Counted from the first letter of the stretch, positions 48,869 through 59,688 are shown. The stretch: 64,000 bases of DNA from an uncultured Actinomycetota bacterium (GCA_963727015.1 CAVSEV010000012.1:214131-278130); one strand, 5' to 3'. Translations and numbers: made by a program. The notes: a model not told the origin generated them from the letters alone.

Positions 48869-50521
48869 TCACGTGTCACGGCGTAGCAGGGCGAGGAAGA
48901 TCGCGTCGGTTCCGTGCCTGTGCGGCCAGAACTGCGCGTAGCCACCAGGACCGGCAGGTCGAGGACCGGCAGGTCCAGGACCGGCAGGTCCAGGACCGGC
49001 AGGTCGAGGACCGGCAGGCCGAGAACCGGCAGGCCGAGAACCGGCGGGTCCAGGACCGGCAGGTCGAAGAGCGCCAGGACCAAGATCGGTGCCACCTGTC
49101 AGGGCAGCATGGCCGGGGGGGCAGCGCAGGCCCTCGGCGGCCAGCCCCGCCGCACCCGCGGCAGGCACCCCGGCCAGAACCGCGGGCGCGTCAAGCACGC
49201 TGACGCCTGCCGTGGCGGCCATATCGCTGATGACATCCTCGACCACGCGGCGGGTCTCGTCGAGATGGGGCGAGCAGGTGACGTAGGCGACCACCCCGCC
49301 CGGCCGCACCGAGGCGAGCGCGGTCGCGAGCAGCCGGCGCTGCAGCGGGCCGAACCCCGCGACGTCCCGTGGCCTGCGCCGCCAGCGCGCCTCGGGGCGG
49401 CGGCGCAGCGCACCAAGCCCCGAGCAGGGAACGTCGGCGAGCACCCGGTCGAACCTGCCATCCCGCCACGGCGGCGAAGTTCCGTCGGCCACCACGATCC
49501 GCCCCGCGCCGCCAGCACTCGCGACCGCACGCGCGGGCCCGCCCGCGGCCGCGCCCCCCATCGCGGCCCTGGCCAGTGCCGCGCGGTGTGGCTGCAGGTC
49601 GGCCGCGATAAGGCGGGCGTTCCGCCCCGCTGCGAGCCCGGCGAGCAGGCTGGCCTTGCCGCCCGGCCCCGAGCACATGTCTAGCCAGAGCCGGTCCGGG
49701 CCGGTGACAGGGACACCCGCGAGCGCGGCCGCCGCCAGTTGGCTGGCCTCGTCCTGAACTGCCGCCCTGCCGTCGGCCACGGCCGGAACGTCCGCCGGGT
49801 TTCCTTCCCTCAGGTAAGCGCCGTATGGTGACCACCGCGCCGGTGTCGCGCCCGCCGCGAGGAGTTCGCCAGGCACGACCCGGCCTGGCTTGGCGAGCAG
49901 GGTGACCCCCGGGCGGCTGTTGTCGGCCGCGAGCAGCGCCGCCGTTTCTGTGAGCGGACCATCCCGCTGCTCGCCGAGCGCGTCGGACAGCGCCGCCACA
50001 ACCCAGCGCGGGTGGCTGTGCATGACGGCAAGATGACCGACAGGGTCGTCGGCGGGCTCGGGCGCCACGATCGCGAGCCAGCCAGCAAGGTCACGCGTCG
50101 CGACCCGGCGCAAGACCGCGTTCACGAAACCGGCTGGCCGCACACCTGCCACATCCTTGGCCAGGTCAACGCTGGCCGCGACGGCGGCGTGCGGCGGGAT
50201 CCTGGTGGCGAGCAACTGGTGCGCGCCGAGGCGCAGTACGTCGCGCACGCCCGGGTCGATTCTGCCGACCGGCCGGTCCGAGCAGACATCGATCACCGCG
50301 TCATAGCTTCCCTGGCCGCGCAGCGTCCCGTAGGTCAGTTCGGTGGCGAGCGCGGCGTCCCGGCCAGCCAGGCCGCGCTCGGCAATCAGGGCAGGAAGCA
50401 GCAGGTTGGCGTAGGCATCTCGCTGCGCCACCGCACGCAGCACGTCGTACGCTGTACGCCGCGCCGGGTCGGCCCGCCGCCTCGTCCCAGGTCCGGCCAC
50501 GTCAGCCCAGCCGCTCGGCAC
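48869..50521 (-). CDS. rsmB: 16S rRNA m5C967 methyltransferase RsmB/Sun with an in-frame ([10 protein letters not shown])-type pentapeptide repeat insertion near the C-terminus
   Basis: NusB-like N-domain, then [15 protein letters not shown] (SAM motif), [13 protein letters not shown] (catalytic Cys). About 55-aa PAGPG repeat block encoded by 15-nt tandem repeats at 48935-49075, just before the conserved tail [21 protein letters not shown]. Confidence 0.85.
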   Translation of the reverse strand: MPSGWADVAGPGTRRRADPARRTAYDVLRAVAQRDAYANLLLPALIAERGLAGRDAALATELTYGTLRGQGSYDAVIDVCSDRPVGRIDPGVRDVLRLGAHQLLATRIPPHAAVAASVDLAKDVAGVRPAGFVNAVLRRVATRDLAGWLAIVAPEPADDPVGHLAVMHSHPRWVVAALSDALGEQRDGPLTETAALLAADNSRPGVTLLAKPGRVVPGELLAAGATPARWSPYGAYLREGNPADVPAVADGRAAVQDEASQLAAAALAGVPVTGPDRLWLDMCSGPGGKASLLAGLAAGRNARLIAADLQPHRAALARAAMGGAAAGGPARAVASAGGAGRIVVADGTSPPWRDGRFDRVLADVPCSGLGALRRRPEARWRRRPRDVAGFGPLQRRLLATALASVRPGGVVAYVTCSPHLDETRRVVEDVISDMAATAGVSVLDAPAVLAGVPAAGAAGLAAEGLRCPPGHAALTGGTDLGPGALRPAGPGPAGSRPAGSRPAGPRPAGPGPAGPGPAGPRPAGPGGYAQFWPHRHGTDAIFLALLRRDT

Positions 50522-51446
50522 CGGAAAGCCGCAGCCCGCGCACCCATTCGATGGCGGGCATAGCCCGCTTCCCCTCCGGCCGTACCTCGCCGAGCGTGAC
50601 GGGCCCGGTGCCGGTACCCGCGAGCACGTCGTCGCGTCCGACGCTCAGCTCGCCGGGCGCCAGCGCGGTGAGCTGAGCGGACGCGAGGCTGACCGGGCCG
50701 ATCTTGACGCGCGTGCCGCCAAATATGGTCCACGCGCCCGGATTCGGGGTAGCCGCCCGGATGAGCCTGTCCACCGCCAGTGCGCTGCGGGCCCAGTCCA
50801 CCTGGGCATCCGCTGGTGTGATCTTGGGCGCGTGGCTGACCCCATCCGCCGGCTGCGGGCGGGCCACCACCTCACCGGACTCGATCCCGTCCAGCGTGGC
50901 CACGAGCAGATCCGCGCCTGCCACGGCGAGCCGGGCCAGCAGATCGCCCGCTGTATCCGCCGGCTGGACCTGCTCAGTCACCACCCCGAACACCGGGCCG
51001 GCGTCGAGTTCCTCGACGAGCAAGAACGTGGTCGCACCTGTGATGTCGTCCCCGTGCAGGATCGCGTGCTGCACCGGCGCCGCACCACGCCAGGCGGGCA
51101 GCAGGGAGAAGTGCAGATTCACCCAGCCGCGGGCCGGAATGTCGAGCGCCGCCCTGGGCAGCAGCGCTCCGTATGCGACGACGGGACAGCAGTCGGGGCC
51201 GATCTGCCTGAGCCTGTCGAGGAACGGCGGGTCACGCGGCTTCACCGGGGTGAGCACCTCAAGACCGGCCGCCCGCGCCCGGGCGGCAACAGGGCTGGGC
51301 GTGACCCGCCTGCCGCCGGCGGAGCGGCCGCGCCCGGCAGGGGCGTCGGGCCTGGTGACCACCGCGGCCACCTCGTGCCGCGAGCCGAGCAGCGCGTCCA
51401 GCGCCGGCACCGCCGCCGGTGGGGTGCCCGCGAACACCAGCCGCAT
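50502..51446 (-). CDS. fmt: Methionyl-tRNA formyltransferase
   Basis: [20 protein letters not shown]...[22 protein letters not shown]. Confidence 0.9.
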   Translation of the reverse strand: MRLVFAGTPPAAVPALDALLGSRHEVAAVVTRPDAPAGRGRSAGGRRVTPSPVAARARAAGLEVLTPVKPRDPPFLDRLRQIGPDCCPVVAYGALLPRAALDIPARGWVNLHFSLLPAWRGAAPVQHAILHGDDITGATTFLLVEELDAGPVFGVVTEQVQPADTAGDLLARLAVAGADLLVATLDGIESGEVVARPQPADGVSHAPKITPADAQVDWARSALAVDRLIRAATPNPGAWTIFGGTRVKIGPVSLASAQLTALAPGELSVGRDDVLAGTGTGPVTLGEVRPEGKRAMPAIEWVRGLRLSGAERLG

Positions 51447-51450
51447 CGCG

Positions 51451-51996
51451 CTACAGCGCCTTACCCAAAGTCGGGTGCGGTGACGCCTTGACCGCGGGCA
51501 CCGATTCGCCGAACCATTCGGCCTCCCTGATCGCCTTCATCGCGAGCTTGCGCTGCTCCGGGTCGAGCTTGTCGATGAACAGCACGCCGTCAAGGTGGTC
51601 GGTCTCGTGCTGTGCGCAGCGGGCGAGCAGCGCCGTACCCTCCAGGGTGATCGGCTCACCGTGCATGTTGAAGCCCTTGGCCACGGCGCGCAGCGCCCTT
51701 GTCGTCGGGAAGGCGAGGCCGGGGATGGATAGGCAGCCCTCATCCCCGGTTTCCTGCTCGTCGGACAGGTCGAGGGAGGGGTTGATCAGATGGCCGAGAT
51801 CATCCTCGACGTGGTAGGTGAAGACCCGCAGGCCGACGCCGATCTGTGGTGCTGCTAGCCCGGTACCGGGCGCGTCAAGCATCGTCTCGGTGAGATCTTT
51901 GACCAGCCTGCGGAGCTCGGCGTCGAAATCACGGACCGGCTCGGCTGGGGTGCGCAGCACCGGGTCGCCAAAAAGTCGGATCGGCTTGACGGCCAC
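51451..51996 (-). CDS. def: Peptide deformylase
   Basis: [24 protein letters not shown]: the three PDF motifs. Confidence 0.9.
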   Translation of the reverse strand: MAVKPIRLFGDPVLRTPAEPVRDFDAELRRLVKDLTETMLDAPGTGLAAPQIGVGLRVFTYHVEDDLGHLINPSLDLSDEQETGDEGCLSIPGLAFPTTRALRAVAKGFNMHGEPITLEGTALLARCAQHETDHLDGVLFIDKLDPEQRKLAMKAIREAEWFGESVPAVKASPHPTLGKAL

Positions 51997-52141
51997 TATT
52001 TTCCTCCAGAACGGCTCGCGCGGTGCGCCGCGTCAAGTTTACGGGCACCCGGACATGGCGGCGGCCAGGATCGACGGTGCTGCCTGCTTGCCGCCTCTAG
52101 CCACCTTTTTGCCACCTGTTTGGCACCCGCGTGCGGCGGGC

Positions 52142-53497
52142 TCAGCGGACGCGGCCGGCGCCGAGATACCGTGATCGCGCCTTGAACGCGGCCTTCCGCG
52201 CTGCCTTGGCGACACCCGGATCGGGGTGGTGCTCCGTCAGCGTGCTGAGCAGAGTGATCAGATCGGGGTGGCAGACCTGCCAAAGGCCACCGACCAGTTC
52301 GGCCTGCTCGGCAGCGGGCAGATCTGGCAGCAGTTCAGGCGCGACGGCGCTGGGATCGGCCTCCTCAAGCAGCCCGGCTCCGAGGTCGACAAGCAGCCAG
52401 GCCTTCTCCGCCGGTGTCAGGTCGGCGTGCACGCCTAGCTCGCGCAGCCAGATGGCGGCGTGCGGGCGAAGCACCGGGTCGGCGAGTGCCGACCGCACGA
52501 ACGGGATCACTTGCTCACCGAGGCGATCGATGATGGCGAACGCGGCGCCGCGCGCGCCAGGCGAGGACGTGCTCGCCGCATCGAGAAGCTCGGCCGCGGC
52601 CCGCTGCGGCGTGCGCCCGGCAAGCCAAGCGGCGATCTCAAGTTCACCATCCTCGGCGTCGTAGCCTGCCAGGCCCTCGAGCAGGCCGGCCGCACCCGCG
52701 GCCGCGGCGCAGCCCAGGATCGGCGCGGAGAATCCTACCGCGATCAGCCGGTCGCGCATCCCTGCCACGCCGAGCGCGGTCAGGGCCACGGTGAGCTGAT
52801 CGTCCTGCTCGTCAACGCCGAGTTCGGCCACGCCAAGATCGGCCAGCACCTCGAGTGCCTGTGACATCCGCGCACCCGGATCGGCTTCAGCACCGCGCGG
52901 CCGGGCTGTGCGGCCGGGCGCCGTGGCGGTCGCGGCGGTCGCGGCGGTGAACGCCTCCGCGAGCGCATCCATCCGTACCGGCGAGCCGGCCGCGTACAGC
53001 ACGGTCGCCAGGCCCTCGAGTTCCTCCCGCACATCAATGGGGCCACAGCAAAGCACCGCGTCAAGCGCGCCGCGCCAACCAGCGAGCAGCCCGGCGGGGT
53101 CGCCGTTGCGCAGCGCGTCCGTACGCGCCGATGCCCGGTTGCCGGTGATCGTGACGAGCCCGGCGCCGACCGCCGCGTGCCAGAGCAGATCGAGTTCCCG
53201 CACATCGCTGGCGCTGCGCAGGCCGCCGCGGGCGGCGGGCGCCTCGCCGCCGCCGGTTATCTCAAGATCAGCGATGACGGCGGCCGCGTCGGCAAGCCGG
53301 AGCAGCCCGCGCGCGGTCAGCCGCCTGCTGGCACCCACCCAGCGGGCAAGCTGCCAGGCCTCGCGCAGCAGCGGCGCCGCGAGCACGGCGGCGGCGAGCT
53401 CGTGCGCCGGCGCCATCCGTACCGCGGGCAGCACCAGACCAGCGCCGCCCGCCGCCTGTGCGCGTGGCGGGCGGGTGAGTGACGCCCTTCGGCCCAC
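52142..53497 (-). CDS. Hypothetical protein (Ala/Leu-rich, 451 aa)
   Basis: Single long minus-strand ORF between def and priA. No recognisable motifs. Confidence 0.45.
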   Translation of the reverse strand: MGRRASLTRPPRAQAAGGAGLVLPAVRMAPAHELAAAVLAAPLLREAWQLARWVGASRRLTARGLLRLADAAAVIADLEITGGGEAPAARGGLRSASDVRELDLLWHAAVGAGLVTITGNRASARTDALRNGDPAGLLAGWRGALDAVLCCGPIDVREELEGLATVLYAAGSPVRMDALAEAFTAATAATATAPGRTARPRGAEADPGARMSQALEVLADLGVAELGVDEQDDQLTVALTALGVAGMRDRLIAVGFSAPILGCAAAAGAAGLLEGLAGYDAEDGELEIAAWLAGRTPQRAAAELLDAASTSSPGARGAAFAIIDRLGEQVIPFVRSALADPVLRPHAAIWLRELGVHADLTPAEKAWLLVDLGAGLLEEADPSAVAPELLPDLPAAEQAELVGGLWQVCHPDLITLLSTLTEHHPDPGVAKAARKAAFKARSRYLGAGRVR

Positions 53498-53680
53498 GCA
53501 AGAACCCTACGGCCTCAGCGCGCTATGCGTATCGCGCCGCGCGAGGGCCGTTGCGGGCGAAATGCCTTATTCAATGCTAAACGGTGGGCCAGAACCGATA
53601 ACCCGGCAGGTACTGGGTACCGGAGGGACCGGCCGGCCGCGTTACCGTCACGAGTCCAGGCCGGGCCGCCATCAGCGACA

Positions 53681-54100
53681 GGTGGCCTTAGAGGGCATCT
53701 GATCTAGTGGATCAGATGCCCTCTTTGGGCGTAGTAGATCGATCTTGGTGGATGCGGGCGGTGCTCCAGGCGGCGATCCGGCAAGGCCCTGCTTGTTCTC
53801 GAGGAGCCGATAGTGGAACCATCGGCGACGACGACAGTGCCGCCGGTGACCCCGGTCGTCGTCTGGGATCGTGGGCGGCATTGCCGCGCGGCCAAAGATC
53901 CACGGGACATGCCCTCTAGTGGTCTGTCAGAGTGGTCTTCTTTGGCTCTGTGGCCCACGACAACGCCCATTGCGGGCACCTCGCGGCGTTGTCGTCGTTG
54001 CGCGTAGCACCAGCTACGCGCTCCTCCTCCGCCTTGCGATGCACCCACTTGGACGCCGTTCGCTCAAAGGACCCCTCTGACAGACCACTAGACCGCCCTG
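53681..54100. mobile_element. Cluster of three MITE/REP-like elements: a 35-bp solo-hairpin copy, full copy D (reverse orientation) and a diverged third copy flanked by a 17-bp perfect inverted repeat
   Basis: 53683-53717 AGAGGGCATCTGATCtagtgGATCAGATGCCCTCT (TIR-TIR only). 53725-53912 GGGCGTAGTAGATCGATCTTGGTGGATGCGGG...core...CCGCGCGGCCAAAGATCCACGGGACATGCCC. 53915-54098 CTAGTGGTCTGTCAGAG...diverged core...CTCTGACAGACCACTAG. Confidence 0.55.
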
Positions 54101-54103
54101 GCG

Positions 54104-56164
54104 TCAAATCAGCTCGAGCGGATCGATCTGCACGCGCAGCCGTTCGGGATCCCTGCGGGCGCACCGTGCGGCCTGCGCCTCGGCAAGGGCGCGAGCGAGC
54201 TGCGTGCCCGCCGGCCGCGGCACCCGCACGAGCAGACGGTTCTGCTCGCCTTCCACCGGCCGGTCATGGCTGACAGGAACGGGGACGGGCCCGAGAACCT
54301 CCGCGCCACCCGGCAGCCTGACGTCGGCAAGCAGCTTGCGCAGGGCCTCGGCGCTACCAGTGACGGACGCCATCCGGACAGCGGGCGGGAAACCCAGCTC
54401 CGCCCGGTCGGCAAGCTCGCGCTGCGCGTGGGTGACTGGATCCCAGCGGATGAGCGCCTGGACCTGGCGCAGCCCCGCGTCTGCGAGCACCACCACGATG
54501 CCACCGCCGGTGCGCGGCCGGACAAGGGCGGTGGCGTTCATCCACCTGCGCAGCGCCTCCTCTCCCGCCCGCAGGTCGGCGCGGCCGGCCAAGGCATGCG
54601 CGTCAAGCAGGAGCGCCGCGGCGTAACCGGCCTCCGCGGCCGGTTCTGCGCCCGGGGTCGCGACCACGAGCGCCGGCGTCGCAGGCACGCTGACCAGCCG
54701 TGCGTCGCCGCCCGACAGCCGGACGGCCGCGCCAGGGAACGCGCGACCGAGTTCCTCCGCGGTCCGCCTGGCACCGGTGACGAGGGCACGGATTTCGGTG
54801 GCCTCGCACCGCGGGCAGCGCCAGCCTGCCGCCACGCGGCCGCACCACCTGCAATGCGCGGCAGCGCCGGAGGATTCGAGCGCAAGCGGGCCGCCGCAGC
54901 CCGCGCAGCGGGCCTGCTCGCGGCACCGTGCGCAGCCGATCGCCGCCAGGTACCCGCGCCTTGGCACCTGGACGAGCACCGGGCCACGTGCCAGCGCGTC
55001 TCTGGCCACCCGCAGGGCCACGCTCGGCAGCCTGGCCGCCCTGGCTGCCTCGTCCCTGGCAAGCTCGCTGTCGTCACCTGCCGCGCGGATCGCGGGCAGC
55101 AGCCGGCGCACCTCCACCCGGTCGGCGCGGAGTGTGCGGGCCCAACCGGCCTCAACGAGTTGCGTCATCTCCGCCGTGCGGGAAAAGCCGCCGATCAAAG
55201 CGGCAGCGCCGCAGCGATGCGCGCGCAGCGCGAGCACCTCGCGCGCGTGCGGGTAGGGTGCGCGCCGTTCTGCGTGCAGATCGTCGCCGTCGTCCCAGAG
55301 GACGACCAGGCCGAGGTCACGCACAGGGGCGAACATCGCGGCCCGGGTGCCAGCGACGACACGCACGTCGCCGCGAGCCGCCGCGAGCCAGCGCTTGTAC
55401 CGCTGCGCCGGGCCCAGGTCGGCGCTCAGGGCGACGTGCCGGCCGGATCCGAGCTCCGAGGTGAGCGCGGCGTCGACGCGCGCCAGGTCCGCGGCCGCTG
55501 GCACCACCACAACGGCGCCGCGGCCGGCGCCCGCCGCGGCTGCGGCCGCGACCGCGATGGCCCGCGGCCAGCCCTGACCTGGCAGCGCCGACCACGCGGC
55601 GCGGGGACCGTGGCCGGCCGCGACTGCCGCGAGGAACGCGGCACCGGTGGGATAGCGCGCCCATGGGCCAGGGTGAGGGACCGCGCGCGCTCCGTATCCG
55701 CCGTTGGCTCCGTGCCCCGCGCTCGGCGGCGCCAGCTCATGGGAGACGGAGGATGGCCGCGCCTCCGCTGCCGCGTGCCGCGGCGGGATCGCGAGCCTCA
55801 GGACGTCGGCAAGGGTACCCGCGTAGTGATCGGCGACCGCCCGGGCGAGCCCGGCGACCTCGGCTGTGAGCACCGGCTCGGGGGACACGACCCGCTCGAG
55901 GAAGGCGAGCCTGCCGGAGTGGGTGCTGCTTGCCGCGCGCTCGAGCAGGTAGCCGTCGGTGAGCTTGCCCGCGAATCTGACCCGGACCCGGGATCCGGGC
56001 ACGGCCGCGCCCGCGAACCGCTCGGGCACCAGATAGTCGAACGGGCGGTCGAGGTGGGTGAGCGGCACGTCAACGGCTACCCGTGCGACCGGCAACTCCG
56101 CGGCCTGTGTGCGCGCGGCCGGCTTGCGCGGCTGACGTCGCCTGGCTGGCATTACCTGAGGCAC
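54104..56164 (-). CDS. priA: Primosomal protein N' (replication-restart helicase PriA)
   Basis: 686 aa. N-terminal 3'-DNA-binding domain, helicase core, Cys4 zinc-binding insert (CARCREQARCAGCGGPL...CRWCGRV...CPRC), C-terminal domain. Confidence 0.85.
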   Translation of the reverse strand: MPQVMPARRRQPRKPAARTQAAELPVARVAVDVPLTHLDRPFDYLVPERFAGAAVPGSRVRVRFAGKLTDGYLLERAASSTHSGRLAFLERVVSPEPVLTAEVAGLARAVADHYAGTLADVLRLAIPPRHAAAEARPSSVSHELAPPSAGHGANGGYGARAVPHPGPWARYPTGAAFLAAVAAGHGPRAAWSALPGQGWPRAIAVAAAAAAGAGRGAVVVVPAAADLARVDAALTSELGSGRHVALSADLGPAQRYKRWLAAARGDVRVVAGTRAAMFAPVRDLGLVVLWDDGDDLHAERRAPYPHAREVLALRAHRCGAAALIGGFSRTAEMTQLVEAGWARTLRADRVEVRRLLPAIRAAGDDSELARDEAARAARLPSVALRVARDALARGPVLVQVPRRGYLAAIGCARCREQARCAGCGGPLALESSGAAAHCRWCGRVAAGWRCPRCEATEIRALVTGARRTAEELGRAFPGAAVRLSGGDARLVSVPATPALVVATPGAEPAAEAGYAAALLLDAHALAGRADLRAGEEALRRWMNATALVRPRTGGGIVVVLADAGLRQVQALIRWDPVTHAQRELADRAELGFPPAVRMASVTGSAEALRKLLADVRLPGGAEVLGPVPVPVSHDRPVEGEQNRLLVRVPRPAGTQLARALAEAQAARCARRDPERLRVQIDPLELI

Positions 56165-56289
56165 GGTCCCGTCCTACCAGACGCCGGCGACGATCCTTGC
56201 CCCGTCGGCTGCCATCGAGACCGCGGCGTCGGCTGCCGTCGAAACGGCGGCACCGGCCCCAATTTCGAGCCGGGGCATTGGCAGCCGCT

Positions 56290-56470
56290 GAATGCGCGGC
56301 ATCTGTGCAATCGAAACTTCGGGCACTCGAAACCTCGGGCACTCGAAACTTCGGGCACTCGGAAACTTCGGGCACTGGAAAACTTCGGGCAATCGAAACT
56401 GCGGGCAATCGAAACTGCGGGCAATCGAAACTCGGGCAATCGAAACTCGGGCAATCGAAACTGCGGCGGC
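56290..56470. repeat. About 10 tandem copies of a 17-18-bp unit (ACTCGAAACTTCGGGC, then AATCGAAACTGCGGGC variants) between priA and the PAS gene
   Basis: Two sub-families of units in tandem. AT-richer than surroundings. Confidence 0.8.
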
Positions 56471-56523
56471 TGTCCGCCCTGACGGTCAGCGACGGCTGCG
56501 GGGGTTTCCTTGCCGCCGTGGCG

Positions 56524-57714
56524 TCAGTCTTGCTTCGCCGACGCGGCCTTCTGCAGCTGATCTTGGTTCTCATCAACAGGGTCAGCAGTGCCCTCGCTGC
56601 CAGGAGTGTCAATGCGGTCCATGATCAGGATCACCCCGTGGATCATCCCGTCCTCGCCGCGGAGCAGGCTGCACGCCACCCGCAGCTGCACAGGCCGGCC
56701 CCGCCGGTTGACGGCGTCGACTGTCGCATCACTGCCCTCTGCCCGCTCGGTAAGCATCCGCTGTAGCAGCGGCACGATCTGCTGCACAGGCAGGCCGATA
56801 TCGAGCGTGAGCAGGTGCCTGCCGTCCGCCTCGTCCGCGCGAAGCCCCCACAGCTCCTCGGCGCCTGGGCTCCACACCCGCACCCGCAGATCCTCATTCA
56901 CCACGATGACCGCGCTGCCAAGGCTGCGAAGCACGGAGCCGAGAAATCCGTTCGCCGCGTCGAGCTGCTCGGTCCGCACGCGCAACACGTCGTTGATCGC
57001 CTGCAGCTCGTCGTTAGTCGACTGCAGTTCCTCGTTCATCGTCTCGAGTTCCTCGTTAGTGGACTGCAGTTCCTCGTTTGTGGTCTCGAGTTCCTCGTTA
57101 GTGGACTGCAGTTCCTCGTTGGTCGTCTCCAGCTCCTCGTTCAGCGACTGCAGCTCTTCGTAGGCCCGCTCGAGATCCTGGTTGGAGCGCTCAAGTTCGT
57201 CCCGCAGCCTGCGGTTACGTGTCACGTCGACGAAGCTGATCCCGACGCCGACCAGTTCGTCCGCGTCGCTCACGAGCGGGACGACCGCGACGTCGAGCAC
57301 CGCGGGCTCTGCGCCCAGGCCTCGGTGCCAGGTCACGTCGGTCAGCTCGACGGCGCGCTTGTCCTTCTTCACCTGTTCGATCACCGACCGGAGCTCTATC
57401 GGGCGGTACGAGACCTCGAGATCTTGAAACAGCCTGCCCACATCGCGCGCGTGCAGGTTAAACAGGTTCCCGGCGCGAACGTTGACCACCGCGAGCTTGC
57501 CCGCCTGGTCTATTGCGAACTGCGCGACGGGCCCGGCGGCAAGCGCCGCGGCCTCGAGCCCGGCTGGGGCCGAACTGCTCGTCGGTGCCGTACTGCGCCG
57601 CTGCCCGCGGGACGTCGCCCGGGCCCACGCCCGGAATCTTACGGAACAGGCGCTTGCGCAGGTCGACCGGTTCGAACCGGTCGCCGTGATTGAGCAGCAT
57701 CTCGGCCTTGCCAA
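56524..57714 (-). CDS. PAS, coiled-coil (EELQSTNEELETTNEEL heptads), PAS protein; 5' end overlaps the CheR gene by about 250 nt (possible frameshifted CheR-PAS fusion)
   Basis: PAS1 from about 57570 (LAAGPVAQFAIDQAGKLAVVNVRAGNLFNLHARDVGRLFQDL). Then NEELQS/NEELET repeats, then PAS2 (LRSLGSAVIVVNEDLRVRVWSPGAEELWGL). No start codon between the CheR stop (57458) and PAS1 except the ORF start at 57714. Confidence 0.6.
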   Translation of the reverse strand: MARPRCCSITATGSNRSTCASACSVRFRAWARATSRGQRRSTAPTSSSAPAGLEAAALAAGPVAQFAIDQAGKLAVVNVRAGNLFNLHARDVGRLFQDLEVSYRPIELRSVIEQVKKDKRAVELTDVTWHRGLGAEPAVLDVAVVPLVSDADELVGVGISFVDVTRNRRLRDELERSNQDLERAYEELQSLNEELETTNEELQSTNEELETTNEELQSTNEELETMNEELQSTNDELQAINDVLRVRTEQLDAANGFLGSVLRSLGSAVIVVNEDLRVRVWSPGAEELWGLRADEADGRHLLTLDIGLPVQQIVPLLQRMLTERAEGSDATVDAVNRRGRPVQLRVACSLLRGEDGMIHGVILIMDRIDTPGSEGTADPVDENQDQLQKAASAKQD

Positions 57715-58474
57715 GGAAGAGGTAACCCTGGCTGGTCAGCGCGAAGTGGAACTTGCGGATGACGTTCGCCTGCGCTTCTGCGGTGAAATACATAAGCGTG
57801 TTGCGCGCGACAAGCAGGTCGACGCGCGAGATCGGGGCATCCCTGGTCAGGTCGTTGCGGCCGAATATTACCTGCCTACGCAGGTCGCGGCGGAATGAGT
57901 ACCGCGTCCCCGCGGGTTCGAAGTACTTTTCCCTAAGCTCGTCAGGAACCTCGGCGACCTGCCGCTCCGTATACGTTCCCGCGCGTGCCTGCTGAAGGGC
58001 ATCCTCGTCGAGATCAGTGGCGTAGATTTTCGCTCGGTGGCTGAAACCCTCGGGTCCAAGCGCCTCGGCGAACAGGATCGCCAGCGTGTATGCCTCCTCA
58101 CCAGTGGCGCAGCCCGCGCTCCAGATCCGGATGGGCCTTGCGGTTCCTTTCGTGGCCAGCAACTGGGGCAGTATCTCGTCGCGCAGCGCTTCCCAAGCGG
58201 GCGGGTCGCGGAAAAAGCCGGTCACATTGATGAGGACGCTGTCGAAGAGTCTCCCGAACTCATCCGGTTCCAATTCGAGGTAATCGCGGTACTCGCCGAC
58301 CGACTGCAGTCCGCGCGCGTCCATCCGGCGGCTGATCCGCCGCTGCAGCGTTGATCTCTTGTAACCGGTGAAGTCGAATCCGCGGGTCTCCTTGAGCATC
58401 AAAAGGAGTTCGTCGAAATCGTGGTCCACGTCGCCCGGCACGTCGGTAAGCGTACGCCGGCCAGTTCGCGTCAC
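57458..58474 (-). CDS. CheR-type protein-glutamate O-methyltransferase
   Basis: ELLLMLKETRGFDFTGYKRSTLQRRISRRM (CheR N-domain), IRIWSAGCATGEEAYTLAILF (SAM-binding). The last about 45 aa (GVGPGDVPRAAAQ...) look out of frame or non-native. Confidence 0.8.
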   Translation of the reverse strand: MTRTGRRTLTDVPGDVDHDFDELLLMLKETRGFDFTGYKRSTLQRRISRRMDARGLQSVGEYRDYLELEPDEFGRLFDSVLINVTGFFRDPPAWEALRDEILPQLLATKGTARPIRIWSAGCATGEEAYTLAILFAEALGPEGFSHRAKIYATDLDEDALQQARAGTYTERQVAEVPDELREKYFEPAGTRYSFRRDLRRQVIFGRNDLTRDAPISRVDLLVARNTLMYFTAEAQANVIRKFHFALTSQGYLFLGKAEMLLNHGDRFEPVDLRKRLFRKIPGVGPGDVPRAAAQYGTDEQFGPSRARGRGACRRARRAVRNRPGGQARGGQRSRREPV

Positions 58475-58542
58475 ACACCCCGGACCTACGCACCGGCGCT
58501 ACCACCCGCTTGGGTCCTGCGAAGACCTGCCGTTTGCCGTTG

Positions 58543-59688
58543 TCAAGCGTTCTCTGCGTCGTCTGTGTGCTCAGCGTTACCTGTCGCGCCTTTGGCAGCT
58601 ACGTTATCTGTGTTATCTGTGTTATTGGTGCTTCTCGCGTTATCTGCGTTCTTCGCGTTATCTGTGTTCTTCGCGTTGTCCGTGTTTTTCGCGTTGTCTG
58701 CGCTTTCCGTGCTTGGCGGCGGGGCTTGCGACGCTCGGCTGGCCTGCGCCGCGTCCCGAGCCTGGTCGGCAGCCTTCCTGAAGGTCGCCGCGGAGACCCA
58801 GTACCCTCTGCGCTCGGCCGATTCTGCCAGTTCCCTAGTGAGCCGCGAGCGTTCTTCCAGGCGCAATGTGGCCGACGACCTGGCGCGCTCGACCGCGGCC
58901 GAGCGCTCGCCGGAAAGGCGCGCGGGCGACCACGAATGGCCGGACCCGCACTCGTAACTCAGCGGTGCGGCGCCGTGCTTGTCGCTGCGTAACGGCCCAC
59001 CGCAGTCGGGACAAGTGAGGCCGGTCGCCGCACCGGCGGCAGGCGGCGGATTGAGGAGTACGGCGACGTAGCGCTCGAGCTCAGGGTCTGCCGGCTGCGT
59101 GACAGGCTCAACCGGGATGCGGCATTGCTCGTCGAGGAATTGGGCGATCTGGCGGATCTTGAGGACAGCCGCCCGCGTGGTCACGGCGAGCGCGGCCCGT
59201 GGCATTCCGGTGTACGGGCTCTCCGCTGGGTCTTGGATGGCGACCATCCCGTCGTGCCGCTCAATAGCGGCACAGCCCACGGCGCCGTCGTCAAGCGTGC
59301 CGCTCAGCACCACACCAATGACGCGCGGCCCCTGTGCGAGCGCGGAGCTGCGGAACAGCGGATCAGCCGCGGGACGGTGCCCGTGCTGCGGCGGGCCAGC
59401 GGACAACCGGACCTGGTCGCCGACCACAAGCATGTGCCTGTCCGGCGGGGCAATGTAAAGCCGGCCCGGGCGCAGTTCCTCGCCATCGACCGCCGCGCCG
59501 GCCCGCAGACGACCGGCCCTGTTCATGATCCTTGGCAGCGCACGGCCGCCTGTTGCCGGGACGTGCAAGATGATGAGGATGGGCGAGGGAAAGTCGGCGG
59601 GAAGGCGGGAAAGCAGCGCCTGCAACGCCTCTATGCCACCTGCTGACGCGGCGACCACCACGGTCCTGCGTCCGAGGTTCGATCCCAT
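58543..59688 (-). CDS. CheB-type methylesterase domain protein (no receiver domain) with a C-terminal Cys/His zinc-ribbon-like region and an (ADNAKNTDN)n tail
   Basis: From MGSNLGRRTVVVAASAGGIEALQ...ILIILHVPA...DGMVAIQD (the CheB Ser-His-Asp catalytic region), then CPDCGGPL...YECGSGHSWS. Tail encoded by 18-nt repeats (58590-58700). Confidence 0.75.
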   Translation of the reverse strand: MGSNLGRRTVVVAASAGGIEALQALLSRLPADFPSPILIILHVPATGGRALPRIMNRAGRLRAGAAVDGEELRPGRLYIAPPDRHMLVVGDQVRLSAGPPQHGHRPAADPLFRSSALAQGPRVIGVVLSGTLDDGAVGCAAIERHDGMVAIQDPAESPYTGMPRAALAVTTRAAVLKIRQIAQFLDEQCRIPVEPVTQPADPELERYVAVLLNPPPAAGAATGLTCPDCGGPLRSDKHGAAPLSYECGSGHSWSPARLSGERSAAVERARSSATLRLEERSRLTRELAESAERRGYWVSAATFRKAADQARDAAQASRASQAPPPSTESADNAKNTDNAKNTDNAKNADNARSTNNTDNTDNVAAKGATGNAEHTDDAENA

